Below, piece by piece: positions 1-10,535 of a DNA stretch of 64,000 nt. The DNA is taken from positions 352,001 to 416,000 of the forward strand of contig JAXCHI010000004.1 of NCBI GenBank assembly GCA_033977065.1, read 5' to 3'. This DNA is from Candidatus Algichlamydia australiensis (GTDB lineage Bacteria; Chlamydiota; Chlamydiia; Chlamydiales; JAJFMI01). Both the position numbers and the translations under genes were made by a program. The notes beneath the pieces were generated by a model. It was given only the letters and a program-made list of their open reading frames with translations. It did not search any database and was not told the origin of the DNA. Positions within the stretch are counted from its first letter, which is position 1; the number at the start of each line of letters is the position of its first letter.

Positions 1-1147
1 CGCGCATTAAAAAAGTGGAGTAGACAGCGACAACAACTTTGCGATCTCCCTCTTTAGCAAGACCGCCAGCAAAAGTTACTGCGTGCCCTTCAGCAATCCC
101 CACATCTTTGCAGCGGGTAGGAAATTTTTCAATCATCTCAAGAAGTGCTGACCCAACTGGTGTAGCGGGGGAGACTACATAAATCTCTGGATCTTTCTCC
201 GCCATCTCTACAATTTGTTTTCCAAAAACTTTTGGAAAGCTGGGGCTCGATGCTTTTTTTGCATTTGTCGGTTTGACCCCGTGGTAGGTGATCGGATCCT
301 TTTCCGCTTCGTAGACGCCTTTTCCTTTGGTTGTGTGTAAATGGACAATCGTCGCTTTTTTTGTATTTTTTAGTTGCTCAAACGTCTCAATCATCTGTGG
401 AATATTGTGCCCATCAATGGGACCCACGTAGGAAAGCTCAAACTGTTCAAAAAAGAGGGCAGGGCTGACCAAATTTTTAATCGACTCTTTGATTTTTCGC
501 CCACCACGCATCACTTTTTCACCAACACCTGGAATCGCTTGAAGAGCTTTTTTAATTCCTTGGTAGGTACTGTTGGAAGTAGGGTTGTTGAGAACGCGAC
601 TTAAAATTTGTGTGATGGCTCCCTGGTTTTCATAAATTGACATCTCATTATCGTTCAAAATTGTAATGAAGCGGCCCAATTCTTGAGGAACGTTATTGAA
701 TGCTTCTAAAGTCAATCCGCAAGTCAAATTTCCATCACCTACAATGGGAATAATGTGCTCTTTGCTGCCTCGTAAATCGCGCGCTGTCGCCATTCCGAGC
801 CCAAGAGAGACCGCCGTACCTGCATGACCGGCGTAAAAATGGTCGTGAGGGGACTCATTGGGGTGAGTAAAGCCGCAAAGACCTTTGTATGTGCGAATCG
901 TGTCAAATTGCTTGTCCCGGCCAGTAAGTATTTTATGTGGATAAGATTGGTGACTCGTATCAAAAATAAACTTATCACGTGGAGAGTCGAAGACGTAGTG
1001 GAGGGCAATAATAAAATCTACAGAGCCTAGGTTCGAGGCTAGATGACCCCCATTTTTGCCCATCACATCAGTGATGCGTTGACGAATATCTTTAGAGAGT
1101 TCTTCAAGCTGTCTGTAACTTAAATTTTTAAGAGAGTGGTTGTCCAT
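1..1147 (-). CDS. dxs: 1-deoxy-D-xylulose-5-phosphate synthase, 5' part (continues past window start)
   Basis: Manual translation from ATG 1147: [41 protein letters not shown]... and [18 protein letters not shown] (TPP-binding GDG...N motif). Absent from the ORF track because no stop lies in the window. Confidence 0.95.
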   Translation of the reverse strand, partial: MDNHSLKNLSYRQLEELSKDIRQRITDVMGKNGGHLASNLGSVDFIIALHYVFDSPRDKFIFDTSHQSYPHKILTGRDKQFDTIRTYKGLCGFTHPNESPHDHFYAGHAGTAVSLGLGMATARDLRGSKEHIIPIVGDGNLTCGLTLEAFNNVPQELGRFITILNDNEMSIYENQGAITQILSRVLNNPTSNSTYQGIKKALQAIPGVGEKVMRGGRKIKESIKNLVSPALFFEQFELSYVGPIDGHNIPQMIETFEQLKNTKKATIVHLHTTKGKGVYEAEKDPITYHGVKPTNAKKASSPSFPKVFGKQIVEMAEKDPEIYVVSPATPVGSALLEMIEKFPTRCKDVGIAEGHAVTFAGGLAKEGDRKVVVAVYSTFLMR

Positions 1148-1376
1148 TTTGTGGCTCGTAGGGAGTAAGTTCAGGTTCACCTTTGCGGTTTTTGATTAAC
1201 ATTTCAATTTTTTTCTCCGCTGTTGTGAGCTTTCCGAGCGCTGATTTGATTAACCCGTCTGCCTCTTCATAGAGTTTCAAAGAGTCATCAAGGGGAGTTT
1301 CTCCCGAATTGAGTTTATCTAAAATCTCTTCTAATCGTGAGTAAGCCGTTTCAAAAGAAAAATTTTTATTTTGCAT
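1128..1376 (-). CDS. xseB: Exodeoxyribonuclease VII small subunit
   Basis: [31 protein letters not shown] motif; directly downstream of xseA. Confidence 0.95.
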   Translation of the reverse strand: MQNKNFSFETAYSRLEEILDKLNSGETPLDDSLKLYEEADGLIKSALGKLTTAEKKIEMLIKNRKGEPELTPYEPQNGQPLS

Positions 1377-2700
1377 GTATCTCCTCCACAGTGGAAATCA
1401 ATTCGCCGTCATGAAAGAGAAGTCTAACTCGTTCTCCTACAGTGGCGGATGAAGAGTTCATCATAATCGAATTTTCCTTTTGCGTAAAAGGAATGCAGTA
1501 CCCTTTTTGTAAAATGTTCTTTGGATGCATCGCTTTGAACTGCAAATAGAGTGCTCGCAAGCTCTCTCGACGCTTTTCAAGATAAGTTTTTATGCATTGA
1601 TCGAGCGCTGTTTCATATCTTGAAACCTCTTTTTTGTGGAGAGTCACTTGATGACTCGGTTTGAATCCTGCAAGCTGGCGCTGCATGCCATTTAAGCGAA
1701 TTTTTTCTTGACCTAAGGTGTTTTTGGCCCACTGATCAAGGCGAAAGTTGATCTCATCAATTTTTTGAGAGTAGATTCCCAAAAGAGCAAAAGGATCCCG
1801 CATCAAAGGCTGAGATAAAATCTTTTCTAAGCGCAACTGTAAACTTTTATGTTGATGCAAGATATGAGTTTCCATCTGCTTTTTCATTTGTAGCAGTCGA
1901 TCGATCATTTGCTGCTTTTCGCCCAATACAATTTCGGCAGCAGCTGAAGGAGTTGGGGCGCGCACATCCGCTACAAAGTCACAAATAGAAAAATCAGTCT
2001 CATGGCCTACAGCGGAAACAACCGGAATTTCTGAACGGTGGACAGCTTCTGCAACGCACGCCTCATTAAATGGCCAGAGATCTTCTAAAGATCCTCCTCC
2101 GCGCCCGACAATCATCACATCACAAAGCTTTAAGTGATTTAAGACATTGATGGCACCTGCAATCTCTTCAGCAGCGCCTTTTCCCTGCACTCTTGCTGGC
2201 ACTAAAACCAAGCGAAATCCACCATGTCGCCTGGTAAGCACGTTAATAATGTCTTGGATGACAGCGCCTGTGGGACTTGTGACAACTCCAATGACCTTGG
2301 GAAAAGGAGGCAGAGGTTTTTTCTTCTCTTTGTCGAAGTACCCCAAACTCTCTAGCTTTTTCTTGCGCTCATGGAGCTGCATGAGCAATTCACCTACGCC
2401 TGCATACTCAAGCTTGCGCACAATCAATTGGTAGCCGCCGCGAGGGGGGTAAATATTGAGTTCCCCGTGGAGAATTACTTCATCACCCGGTTTCGGTTTT
2501 TTGCCAAGTTTCTCTGCTGCACCGCGAAAAAGCACAGCAGGAAGTTGTGCTCCCGCATCTTTTACACTAAAGTAGATGTGACCCGAAGCCTGAGCGCGAT
2601 AATTTGTAATTTCACCCTTTACCACAACGTTAGCAAAGTAGGGCTCTAAGCGATTTTTAATCGCCTGCGTCAGCTGAGTGACAGAAAGTGGAGTGCTCAA
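1366..2700 (-). CDS. xseA: Exodeoxyribonuclease VII large subunit
   Basis: [12 protein letters not shown]-fold; [35 protein letters not shown] and [10 protein letters not shown] motifs. Confidence 0.97.
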   Translation of the reverse strand: MSTPLSVTQLTQAIKNRLEPYFANVVVKGEITNYRAQASGHIYFSVKDAGAQLPAVLFRGAAEKLGKKPKPGDEVILHGELNIYPPRGGYQLIVRKLEYAGVGELLMQLHERKKKLESLGYFDKEKKKPLPPFPKVIGVVTSPTGAVIQDIINVLTRRHGGFRLVLVPARVQGKGAAEEIAGAINVLNHLKLCDVMIVGRGGGSLEDLWPFNEACVAEAVHRSEIPVVSAVGHETDFSICDFVADVRAPTPSAAAEIVLGEKQQMIDRLLQMKKQMETHILHQHKSLQLRLEKILSQPLMRDPFALLGIYSQKIDEINFRLDQWAKNTLGQEKIRLNGMQRQLAGFKPSHQVTLHKKEVSRYETALDQCIKTYLEKRRESLRALYLQFKAMHPKNILQKGYCIPFTQKENSIMMNSSSATVGERVRLLFHDGELISTVEEIHAK

Positions 2701-2906
2701 TCGTAACCTCGTGATTTGTTCTTCTTTATTTTAACTCGATGTTTTAATGATTTTTCTGTCCTGTTTTGAGGTGGTGGTGGGACAGCAAATGTTTTACTTG
2801 GAACTCCACTACTTTTTGGGTTTTTCGGGTGAAATCTTGAGCAAAAACAAGCTAAAGGGATTGCAGACTTAGGAAGAGGGCATCTTCTCATTGCACTTGC
2901 GATCAT
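2697..2906 (-). CDS. Small basic hypothetical protein (69 aa)
   Basis: GGAG Shine-Dalgarno upstream of ATG 2906; stop overlaps the xseA TTG start by 4 nt; no recognisable motif. Confidence 0.4.
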   Translation of the reverse strand: MIASAMRRCPLPKSAIPLACFCSRFHPKNPKSSGVPSKTFAVPPPPQNRTEKSLKHRVKIKKNKSRGYD

Positions 2907-3011
2907 AAAATTTCTCCACGTTGAAACTAACGAATATAGGGTTTTTCCCTTCTATGCGCAAGCAAACACTGAAGCGGGTGCTTTGCCGATAGGTGGAGCT
3001 GAAAATTCTAA

Positions 3012-3140
3012 AAAAGAGTTTTTGCAGTATCATTAGCCCATCAACATGTTCTTGTTCAGGGGAAGACTCACGCTGAAATTATAAGTATTGATACAGGCCT
3101 TTCTGACCATCGCGCTCTTAAGGCAAAAATAAAATTTTAA
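3012..3140 (+). pseudogene. Possible C-terminal remnant of an endonuclease/exonuclease/phosphatase (EEP) family gene
   Basis: Startless open frame ...HQHVLVQGKTHAEIISIDTGLSDHRALKAKIKF*; the SDH motif ~10 residues before the stop and an upstream H-V-L-V strand match the EEP C-terminus. Confidence 0.4.
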
Positions 3141-3160
3141 TTCTTCTCCATATTTGGTGA

Positions 3161-3189
3161 TTGAAAACTTAATTACTGAACGCTATACT
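3161..3189 (+). promoter_or_regulatory. Housekeeping-sigma promoter of tpiA-secG, near-leaderless
   Basis: TTGAAA-17 bp-TATACT, then 5 nt to GTG 3195 (8 nt to ATG 3198). Confidence 0.8.
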
Positions 3190-3194
3190 GGGGC

Positions 3195-3938
3195 GTGATG
3201 GAACCGATCATTATCGCAAACTGGAAGATGCACAAGACCCATGAAGAGGCGCGCAGCTTTATCGAGGGATTAAAACCGCTTATAGCTGGTAAAAAAGCGT
3301 GGATTGCCTCCCCTTTTACGGCTATCTCTTCTGCTGTTGTTGCTGCGGAGGGGAGTGAGATTATGATTGGTGCTCAGAACATGCATGATGCGCTGCAGGG
3401 CGCTTTCACAGGCCAGATCTCAGCATCTATGCTCAAGGCCCATGGAGTTAAATTTGTTTTATTAGGTCATTCAGAGTGTCGCCATATTTTTAACGAGTCT
3501 GATGATCTTATTCGTCGCAAGCTAGAGCGCGCGTTGATGGAGGGACTTATCCCTGTGCTCTGTATTGGTGAGACTCTTAAAGAGCGGGAATCAGATCAAA
3601 CACATGCGGTTTTGAGAAGACAGTTAATGAGCGCTTTAGAGGGCACTACAGATTTTACACCTCTAATTGTCGCCTATGAGCCCGTTTGGGCAATTGGCAC
3701 AGGAAAAGTGGCGAGTCCAGAGCTGGCACAGGAGGCGCATCTTACGTGCCGTAAGATTTTAGCAGAATTAAGCAGCGAACAGGTCGCTGCAAGTATCCCG
3801 ATTCTCTATGGAGGATCGGTTAAACCAGAAAATATTGCGGGACTGCTTGCGCAGCCCGACGTTGAAGGAGCCTTAGTTGGAGGCGCCTCTTTGGATGTAA
3901 ATAGCTATCACCAACTGCTTTTGGGAGGAACCACATGA
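3195..3938 (+). CDS. tpiA: Triosephosphate isomerase
   Basis: ANWKM, LGHSE, AYEPVWAIGTG, YGGSV and LVGGASL motifs. Confidence 0.98.
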   Translation: MMEPIIIANWKMHKTHEEARSFIEGLKPLIAGKKAWIASPFTAISSAVVAAEGSEIMIGAQNMHDALQGAFTGQISASMLKAHGVKFVLLGHSECRHIFNESDDLIRRKLERALMEGLIPVLCIGETLKERESDQTHAVLRRQLMSALEGTTDFTPLIVAYEPVWAIGTGKVASPELAQEAHLTCRKILAELSSEQVAASIPILYGGSVKPENIAGLLAQPDVEGALVGGASLDVNSYHQLLLGGTT

Positions 3939-4225
3939 CCATTTTATTTTTTATTGGAATCGCACTCTTTTTGCTTTTAGCTTTTGTGCTCTGTGCTGTA
4001 ATTCTTATTCAAGAGAGCAAGAGCATGGGACTTGGCGCTGCTTTTGGTGGCGATAGTGGAAATGCGCTCTTTGGAACCGACACAGCAGATGTGTTAAAGA
4101 AGTTCACTGCAACGCTTGTTACGATTTTTATGATCTCTTGTATCGTATTGTCACTTTGGTCATCAGCGATGGGTCGCAAAGCTCCTGCGCCGATTCCCAC
4201 TACAATCGAGCAAGTCCAAGAGTAG
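3935..4225 (+). CDS. secG: Preprotein translocase subunit SecG
   Basis: Two TM helices around ILIQESKSMGLGAAFGG; follows tpiA. Confidence 0.93.
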   Translation: MTILFFIGIALFLLLAFVLCAVILIQESKSMGLGAAFGGDSGNALFGTDTADVLKKFTATLVTIFMISCIVLSLWSSAMGRKAPAPIPTTIEQVQE

Positions 4226-4250
4226 CATTGGATAGATTATCAGGTTCTAT

Positions 4251-5864
4251 CTAAGGCTTATTTTTTGAAGTAAATTCTTTTACTAGTGAGTTTGAAGCTG
4301 AGTAAAGCTTTCCCTCCCAGCTGTTAATATTGCGAGTTTCAGAAGAAAAATTGACTCCAAGAACAAGCGTATTTTTTTCGCTTTGTACAAATCGTTCTTT
4401 GTATTTTTTTGTCTCTGCCTGAGTAAGAGCAATCTCTGCTGTTTTATCAAGTTTAAGTTCAAAGATACAGATTGCTTCGGGTGTTTCTGTCATTAAATCA
4501 ATACGCCCAATATTGGTTGCGATCTCAGAGCTTGTTCTGACACCAGCAGTTTCCAAGAAAGTGAAAAACACTGCTTGGTAAAATCCCTCTTTTGCGCTGC
4601 TAAAAACATGGTAGGGCATTTTGGCAAAGTGCGTATTAATTATGTTTATGAGGGACGAAATGTCTAATTTTTCTAGGCTTTTTTTAATCTCTAGAGCACT
4701 GCGACTAATTTCAACTGGATCGATTTCCGTAAATTCTTGTAAAAGAGAGTTAAAAAAAGCATTTTTAACTTCTTTATTGGGAAAGTCAATTTTGTAAGAG
4801 CTCTCTTCTGGGTTATATCCTTTAATTGTTAAATACCCTGCTTGGAACATCAGGGCCGCCAGGTTAATTCTGTCTACTCTGCTAATATCCGAGAGCGTGC
4901 TCTCTATTGCAGACTTTCCCCTAAGAGGGATAATTGATTGGGGTTGGTTATTGATTTGGTCAATTAAGAATGAAGGTGTCCCAGAACTGTACCAGTAAGT
5001 TTTTGTCTCTTTTTCATCCATATAATTTAAGGTAGAAAAAGGATTGTAAACATATGTTTCGGCACGAGAGAATCTATAGCCGTTGTACCAAACGCGCAGC
5101 TCATCTAGTATTGCACTTTTAGTGACTTTATACCCCTGTTTTTCTCGGCTTGCAATGACGGATTGGATATGTTGGGGAAAATAGCTTTTAAGTTCATCTT
5201 CGGTGTATCCCATCATCCCAGCGTATCTTGAATCCATAGTGATATCTTTAAGATTATTAGGACCTGAAAAAAGGGAGACTTGAGAGAATTTGCTCACTCC
5301 TGTAACAAATGTAAATTTTAGATAGCGATCTAGACTCTTTAAAGTGGCGAAAAATCCCTTTAGAATATCTCGGTTTTTTTCTGCTGTTTCTGGATGCTTA
5401 AGGTTATTGATAATTGCGTTGTCGTACTCATCAACTAAAACCACCACACGGTTTTTTCGAGATAAATCCTCAACTAAAACTTTTAATTGAAACTGTAGCG
5501 ATGGCCCTTCTACAGAAATCCCGTACAATTCCCCCATTCTCTTTAATTCTGCTGCTAACCCAGCTTCAAGCTGATCTGATGTGGTATTTAAAATTTGAGC
5601 AAAATCAAAATGCAAGATTGGATATTTTTCCCACTTATAATTACTTTTATAGATTTCAAGGCCCTTAAAAAGTTCTTTATTTCCCTTAAAAATCTCTTCT
5701 AGCGTATTGAGGAATAGTGATTTTCCAAACCTTCTGGGGCGAGACATAAAATAGTGCTTCCCAATAGCTATTAAATCTCTAGCAAACCCAGTTTTATCTA
5801 CGTAAATACAATCTTCTTCTAAGATCTCACGAATAGTTTGGATTCCTATGGGTAGTTTCTTCAT
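4251..5864 (-). CDS. AAA-ATPase-like protein with C-terminal PD-(D/E)XK nuclease domain
   Basis: MKKLPIGIQT, YVDKT, SRPRRFGKSL (Walker A), LVDEYD (Walker B), WYNGYRF, YNPFS and GRIDL...IFELK. Confidence 0.92.
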   Translation of the reverse strand: MKKLPIGIQTIREILEEDCIYVDKTGFARDLIAIGKHYFMSRPRRFGKSLFLNTLEEIFKGNKELFKGLEIYKSNYKWEKYPILHFDFAQILNTTSDQLEAGLAAELKRMGELYGISVEGPSLQFQLKVLVEDLSRKNRVVVLVDEYDNAIINNLKHPETAEKNRDILKGFFATLKSLDRYLKFTFVTGVSKFSQVSLFSGPNNLKDITMDSRYAGMMGYTEDELKSYFPQHIQSVIASREKQGYKVTKSAILDELRVWYNGYRFSRAETYVYNPFSTLNYMDEKETKTYWYSSGTPSFLIDQINNQPQSIIPLRGKSAIESTLSDISRVDRINLAALMFQAGYLTIKGYNPEESSYKIDFPNKEVKNAFFNSLLQEFTEIDPVEISRSALEIKKSLEKLDISSLINIINTHFAKMPYHVFSSAKEGFYQAVFFTFLETAGVRTSSEIATNIGRIDLMTETPEAICIFELKLDKTAEIALTQAETKKYKERFVQSEKNTLVLGVNFSSETRNINSWEGKLYSASNSLVKEFTSKNKP

Positions 5865-5984
5865 TGGTTATCAATTCTTTCTGTTGCCCTTTTATTATAA
5901 CTCATAAGTTAAATCGACACAAGGAGATATGTTGTAAGTTGCTTATAATCATAATGATGAATAGGGAAGACTTCTCTCAATTAT

Positions 5985-6005
5985 CTAGATAGCGTCGTCA
6001 AAAGG
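5985..6005. repeat. Isolated terminal fragment of hairpin element family C
   Basis: CTAGATAGCGTCGTCAAAAGG, identical to 56601-56621. Confidence 0.85.
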
Positions 6006-6628
6006 TGCCGCTTGTCTCTAGGGTTAGTTCATCGATTCGTTGAACAAGGCCTGCTACTGACTCTTCAACTGTGAGGTCGCCCTTTCCGCTTGTCATATCG
6101 GTTTTGACATAACCTGGATGAAGAACTGCGACTGCAATCTCTTGCTCTTTTAAGTCTTTTGCTAAGATTGCAGAGACCATGTTAAGCGCGGCTTTTGAGG
6201 GGCGGTAGCCGTATTGTCCTCCGCTTGCCAAGTCCCCAATTGAACCTGCCCGCGACGAGATCATGGCAATTTTCCCTCCCTTTTTTAGTAGCGGAAGAAA
6301 AGCTAAGGAAGTTTTTAACGGGGCAAGAGTATTGACTTCAAACTGCTCTTGAATTGCATTAAAGTCGATATTTTCAAGGGTCATTCTTAAGTATATCCCA
6401 GCGTTGTTAATAAGAAGGTCAAACTGCTTATCAGAGTGCTGCTGTTTTACCCTTTCAAGGGATTTTTCATCGCGTACATCAACGTTCTCTTCGATTGTTA
6501 CATCTAGACTTTTAAGATCTTGACTTGCTTTGCGGCAGAGAGCGAGTGCTTCCCCAACCTCTCTTTTTGTAAGCTTTAGCAAGTGCGAGTCCAATGCCTC
6601 TATTTGCGCCTGTGATAATTACTCTCAT
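5998..6628 (-). pseudogene. Short-chain dehydrogenase (CsgA-like SDR), frameshifted and probably 3'-truncated
   Basis: ATG 6628 gives MRVIITGANRGIGLALAKAYKKRGW (TGxxxGIG). An extra base in the C4 run 6552-6555 shifts into the frame carrying NNAG and YxxSK. It ends SGTF* at a stop supplied by the family C fragment. Confidence 0.85.
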
Positions 6629-6629
6629 T

Positions 6630-8672
6630 TTAATGCACCATTTTTAGTGAAAAAGTAAACTTGTCGGCGCGCACGGTGTGAAGATAGGTGAGCCGCAACC
6701 GCCAGTTTGCTGTTACCATTGTATAAATACTTCCTTTATACTCAAGATAGGCGGGCTCATTAGCGCGGCCCCAACCTGAATGTGTTTCAAAGCGCACGGT
6801 CCAGTCGGGTCTTGGATTGATCTGGATGCGCCCCAAAAAAGTGTTGCGACCATCTGAGAGAGGAGAGTCTTCGATCTCATCAATCGATCTTGTGACATCT
6901 AAAATATAATTATTATGATCGACTTTGCGCCAATCAAAACGGCTGCGGTGACGAAACTCAACTGAAACAGCGCAATCGGGGTTAACAGTAAAAAGAAGTC
7001 TAAAGTTGGCGCGATCAAGTAGATTTTCATTGAAATTCCAGCCTAGGTTAGCAAAGAGTTGCACGCGAGAGAGATTCCAGTTTAAGTCGGCATAAGCTTT
7101 GGGAATGGGGGTAGAAAAGGGCGTTGAGCCGAAAAAAGTGATTGCATAGAGATCGGCTGTAAAGAGGGGAGTAAGTTCCCATTTGTCACCAAAGATATCG
7201 CTCTGCGCTCCCCATCGTAAGAAGTTGAGGCGGTTGTAGCCATCTGCTAAATCAAAAATAAAGAGACTGTCGGGTGAAATCGTAGGGTCTGTGATGCCGC
7301 GAAATTCCGCGTAGGGGCGAAGCAAGTGAGAAAAATGCGAATAATTTTTACGTAAGGTTGTCGTAAGATGGGCGCCGTAGCGAAAGAGAACTTGTCCCAC
7401 GTCTTCGCTGCTTGGGCTGTTGTTGTAATAAATTCCTGTAAAACCAATGTCGGGAGTAAGAGTTGCATATTTGAAATTGAATGGCCGGTAGAGGCGTTGA
7501 TCTGTTTCAAGTCGAATTGCATGAAAGTCGCGCAGAAGGTTGTCGATATCATCGGAGAAAGAGTAGTCGAGGTAGGAGGTTTTTACGCGGTTATCCATAA
7601 CAATCCCGCTTGAGCCAAATGTAAAGGGCCGAAGGGAGAGAGCTGCGCTAGGCAATTCTTGTTTAAATCCTTGGAAGGAGTTAATCCGCGGGTTGGCGTA
7701 AATACTTGCAATGTGCCGATCTTCAATTTGCCTCACCCAAAGGTAGGAGCGCCGCGCTGTGGTGAGCTCGAAGTCGGAGCTTCCAAAATCACCTGGCATG
7801 TTCTTGTCATTGAATTTATCCCAGATCGCATAGGATTGGATCGTGCTCTTCTCGTTGCGCGAGGTGTAGCGTCCTTGGAGGCGAAATCGCGTCGACTTTT
7901 TTTTGGGATCGTCATCATTATAAAAAGTGTCATAGCCAAGATAATTTTTTGTTAACATGCGTGTGAGACCATCTTCACTGTGATAGTCACTCTCAACTGC
8001 TCCGCCAACTCCTCCTGTAAAAGGGCGTAGATCAAAACGAGTATAGAGATCGAGCGTATCCCAAGAGTAGATGCGGTAACGCATGGAGAAGCGCGGTCCC
8101 TGTGCAGTTGCCCAATCGATTTTGTAGCGTACAGGTGAGTCGCGAAAATAGCGGAGGTTGCTCTTGAAACGTGGAAGGTGAAAGAGTGGGAGCTCAACAA
8201 CGCGAAAGCTCACCCCAGAAGCTTCAACTCTTTGCTGCTCTTCGATTGTAATCCCTCTTGCTGTGATACTCCACTCGGGTTTTGCATTTTCACTTGTTGT
8301 AATGAGAGCTTCGCGAATGGATAGAGAGCGATCGCAGTTTAGAGCAATCTCCTTACCGGAGATAAACCACCCTTCAACCATTGTGCGGCCTTCATAAAGT
8401 TTTCCTTCCTGTGTTGTAAAATTATAGATTAAACGCTCTCCACCAAGGTAACGACCATCGTAATCAATAAGGAGATCGCCACTCGCATCGATTGAATTTT
8501 CCTCTCGGTTATAGGAGATGTTTTGTGCCTGAATACGAATACCGTCAGACGTAATCACCCCTCCCTTTTTTGTTTGCAAAACTCCTTGCGAGTAGGAGGG
8601 CTCTTGGAGATCAATTTGAATTTGCTCCTGAGCAAATAGCAGTAGTGGAATTAGCAAAAAAAGAGTGCGCAC
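6630..8672 (-). CDS. LptD-like outer-membrane LPS assembly protein
   Basis: Signal-peptide-like MRTLFLLIPLLLFA from GTG 8672; OstA-like N-terminal region, then an aromatic beta-strand-rich barrel. The extra ~69 aa in the ORF track call come mostly from an inserted repeat. Confidence 0.75.
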   Translation of the reverse strand: MRTLFLLIPLLLFAQEQIQIDLQEPSYSQGVLQTKKGGVITSDGIRIQAQNISYNREENSIDASGDLLIDYDGRYLGGERLIYNFTTQEGKLYEGRTMVEGWFISGKEIALNCDRSLSIREALITTSENAKPEWSITARGITIEEQQRVEASGVSFRVVELPLFHLPRFKSNLRYFRDSPVRYKIDWATAQGPRFSMRYRIYSWDTLDLYTRFDLRPFTGGVGGAVESDYHSEDGLTRMLTKNYLGYDTFYNDDDPKKKSTRFRLQGRYTSRNEKSTIQSYAIWDKFNDKNMPGDFGSSDFELTTARRSYLWVRQIEDRHIASIYANPRINSFQGFKQELPSAALSLRPFTFGSSGIVMDNRVKTSYLDYSFSDDIDNLLRDFHAIRLETDQRLYRPFNFKYATLTPDIGFTGIYYNNSPSSEDVGQVLFRYGAHLTTTLRKNYSHFSHLLRPYAEFRGITDPTISPDSLFIFDLADGYNRLNFLRWGAQSDIFGDKWELTPLFTADLYAITFFGSTPFSTPIPKAYADLNWNLSRVQLFANLGWNFNENLLDRANFRLLFTVNPDCAVSVEFRHRSRFDWRKVDHNNYILDVTRSIDEIEDSPLSDGRNTFLGRIQINPRPDWTVRFETHSGWGRANEPAYLEYKGSIYTMVTANWRLRLTYLHTVRADKFTFSLKMVH

Positions 8673-8687
8673 TTTGGTGATTATATC

Positions 8688-8858
8688 CTCAGTACTGGAC
8701 AAAAATTTCACCAATGGGAGAGCTGCACCTTCATCAAATCGATTCTCCTCCTTATCCATAGCGCTATGGGCTATGGATTCGTCGCTCGAATCGCTGCCGC
8801 TTCGATTTGATTTTGGTTCGCTTTGCTCCCCTTGGCAAAATTTTTGTCCAGTACTGAG
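8688..8858. mobile_element. Hairpin element family B, copy 1 (171 bp MITE-like, 9 bp target duplication)
   Basis: TIRs CTCAGTACTGGACAAAAATTT; flanking direct repeat GATTATATC at 8679-8687 and 8859-8867; 15 substitutions and no indels versus 55782-55952. Confidence 0.92.
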
Positions 8859-8865
8859 GATTATA

Positions 8866-10527
8866 TCACTGAAGTGCAATCAAAAGAAGCCCTGCTAAAG
8901 CAAAACGGTTTTGTTCATTCCCGTAGGCCATTGCATCCAAGAGGAGGTCGATCGCATTTGGCTCATGTGCAGTAGCAATTGCTTCATAGGTCTCAAAAAG
9001 AAGTTGAGATGTCTCTGCAGGTGCAAGTTCATAGGAAGTGAGTGCTTTTTTCTTTCTCTTCCACCCACTCTTTTTTTCAAATTGAATGAGATGTTTTCCC
9101 TGCTCATTATGAATCCAATCGATAAAGCTATTTTGATCAAAGCCATCTGCTTTTAATCGATAAAGTGCGAGGTTGCAGTACGCACGTGTGAGGGGCATTC
9201 CCATCTCTTTGGAGTAGGAGCGTAAAAGTTCGAGAGAGCAGGGGCTATTTTGATTTTCAAGTAGCCGAACAAGAGTAGGAATTAGTTCGCGGTGCCTTGT
9301 GTAAAAGATTTTACGAGCAATATGCATAAAGATTTTTTCCCCCAACTCCATCGAGTCTACAAGGAGTTCTTGGCGAAAACTACGAGTGATCATTGCAAGG
9401 CGTTCCCTCTCTTCTTTGGGTTGAGCTGAAGCGAGCCTTTTTACTCGCCAAGCGCGTAGTGAGCTTCCCGCAGAGAGCTGTGGCTCAAAACCAAGATCGC
9501 TCGGAGTTTTGAGCAGAAACTCTGCAATGGCGCCTAAAGCGCGCACCTCTTTTAATTTTAAGAGAGCTACAGTTGCGTTTAAACGTACGTTGATATCGCG
9601 ATCGTGAACGAGTTTAGCAAGGATATCCTTACCGCGCTCCCATTTGTGGAGCAAGTAAACGGCAAAAAGGTTTTTTTTCTCTGCCATTTTGACGATCTCG
9701 GAAAAATGCTGCTCCTCCCCAATCTGCATTAGAGCATAGAGCGCGGCAAGTTTTACATCATCAGATGGGGACTTTGCCAGATGCTCTAACTGTTTTTTTG
9801 AGCCAATATCTCCAAAATGACCGAGAGAAAAAGCAGCCATCTCCTGCTCAAATGGATCGACATGAGTAGAAAGGGCGCGAATGCTGGGAAGAAGGTCATC
9901 GCGGCCAAATTTTGTAATGGCAAAAAGAGTTGCTAGACGCACTTGCAAAAGTTGATGATTTAACAAGCTTTTTAAAAGCGCGCGCGCATCGCTTGTTTCA
10001 AGTTGTGCATAGAGCTCAGGGAAATAGGCCCAAAACTGTGGCGGTAGCTTGCGCATGAGTGATTCGATCTGTCCGCAAGCACCTTTTGCTGCACGTTGTG
10101 CCATAAAGTAGGCTGTCTGCACACGGATCATTAAAAATTTTGAGTGCATTCCTTCTAGAATTAAATCATCCGTGTAGTCTTCATGCATCTCAGCAACTGT
10201 ACCAAGAGCTGCTGCTTGCACATAGGGAGATTGACTATTTAACCCCTCTTCAAAAATGTGTAGAGGGCAGAGAACTTTTGCCGCTTTAGCGCCAAACATG
10301 CTCATCATCTGTACATCGGTATTGGAACTTGTAATGCCCTCATGTAAAAGCGAAATTGCCATCTCTTCAAGCAATTCTGGCTCATGATGCCCTACCTCAT
10401 TCCGATGGTGCATATACTCTTTGATAGCGCGCTCTGTCTCTCCGCGTTTGATTAGAAATAGGATGTGAGAAGGCTCTTTTGAAACTAAAGTACCGCAAAA
10501 AAAGCAGAAGAAAAGCAGACTGCGCAT
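8866..10527 (-). CDS. HEAT-repeat protein with signal peptide
   Basis: Recurring helical units (QVRLATLFAI, DVKLAALYAL, NVRLNATVAL); N-terminal hydrophobic leader; upstream of the lptD-like gene. Confidence 0.8.
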   Translation of the reverse strand: MRSLLFFCFFCGTLVSKEPSHILFLIKRGETERAIKEYMHHRNEVGHHEPELLEEMAISLLHEGITSSNTDVQMMSMFGAKAAKVLCPLHIFEEGLNSQSPYVQAAALGTVAEMHEDYTDDLILEGMHSKFLMIRVQTAYFMAQRAAKGACGQIESLMRKLPPQFWAYFPELYAQLETSDARALLKSLLNHQLLQVRLATLFAITKFGRDDLLPSIRALSTHVDPFEQEMAAFSLGHFGDIGSKKQLEHLAKSPSDDVKLAALYALMQIGEEQHFSEIVKMAEKKNLFAVYLLHKWERGKDILAKLVHDRDINVRLNATVALLKLKEVRALGAIAEFLLKTPSDLGFEPQLSAGSSLRAWRVKRLASAQPKEERERLAMITRSFRQELLVDSMELGEKIFMHIARKIFYTRHRELIPTLVRLLENQNSPCSLELLRSYSKEMGMPLTRAYCNLALYRLKADGFDQNSFIDWIHNEQGKHLIQFEKKSGWKRKKKALTSYELAPAETSQLLFETYEAIATAHEPNAIDLLLDAMAYGNEQNRFALAGLLLIALQ

Positions 10528-10535
10528 ACAACAGA

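Noticed and set aside
8673..8879. 69 aa N-terminal extension of the LptD-like protein in the ORF track
   Set aside because: Mostly derived from the family B insertion, and it would bury the signal peptide; GTG 8672 preferred.
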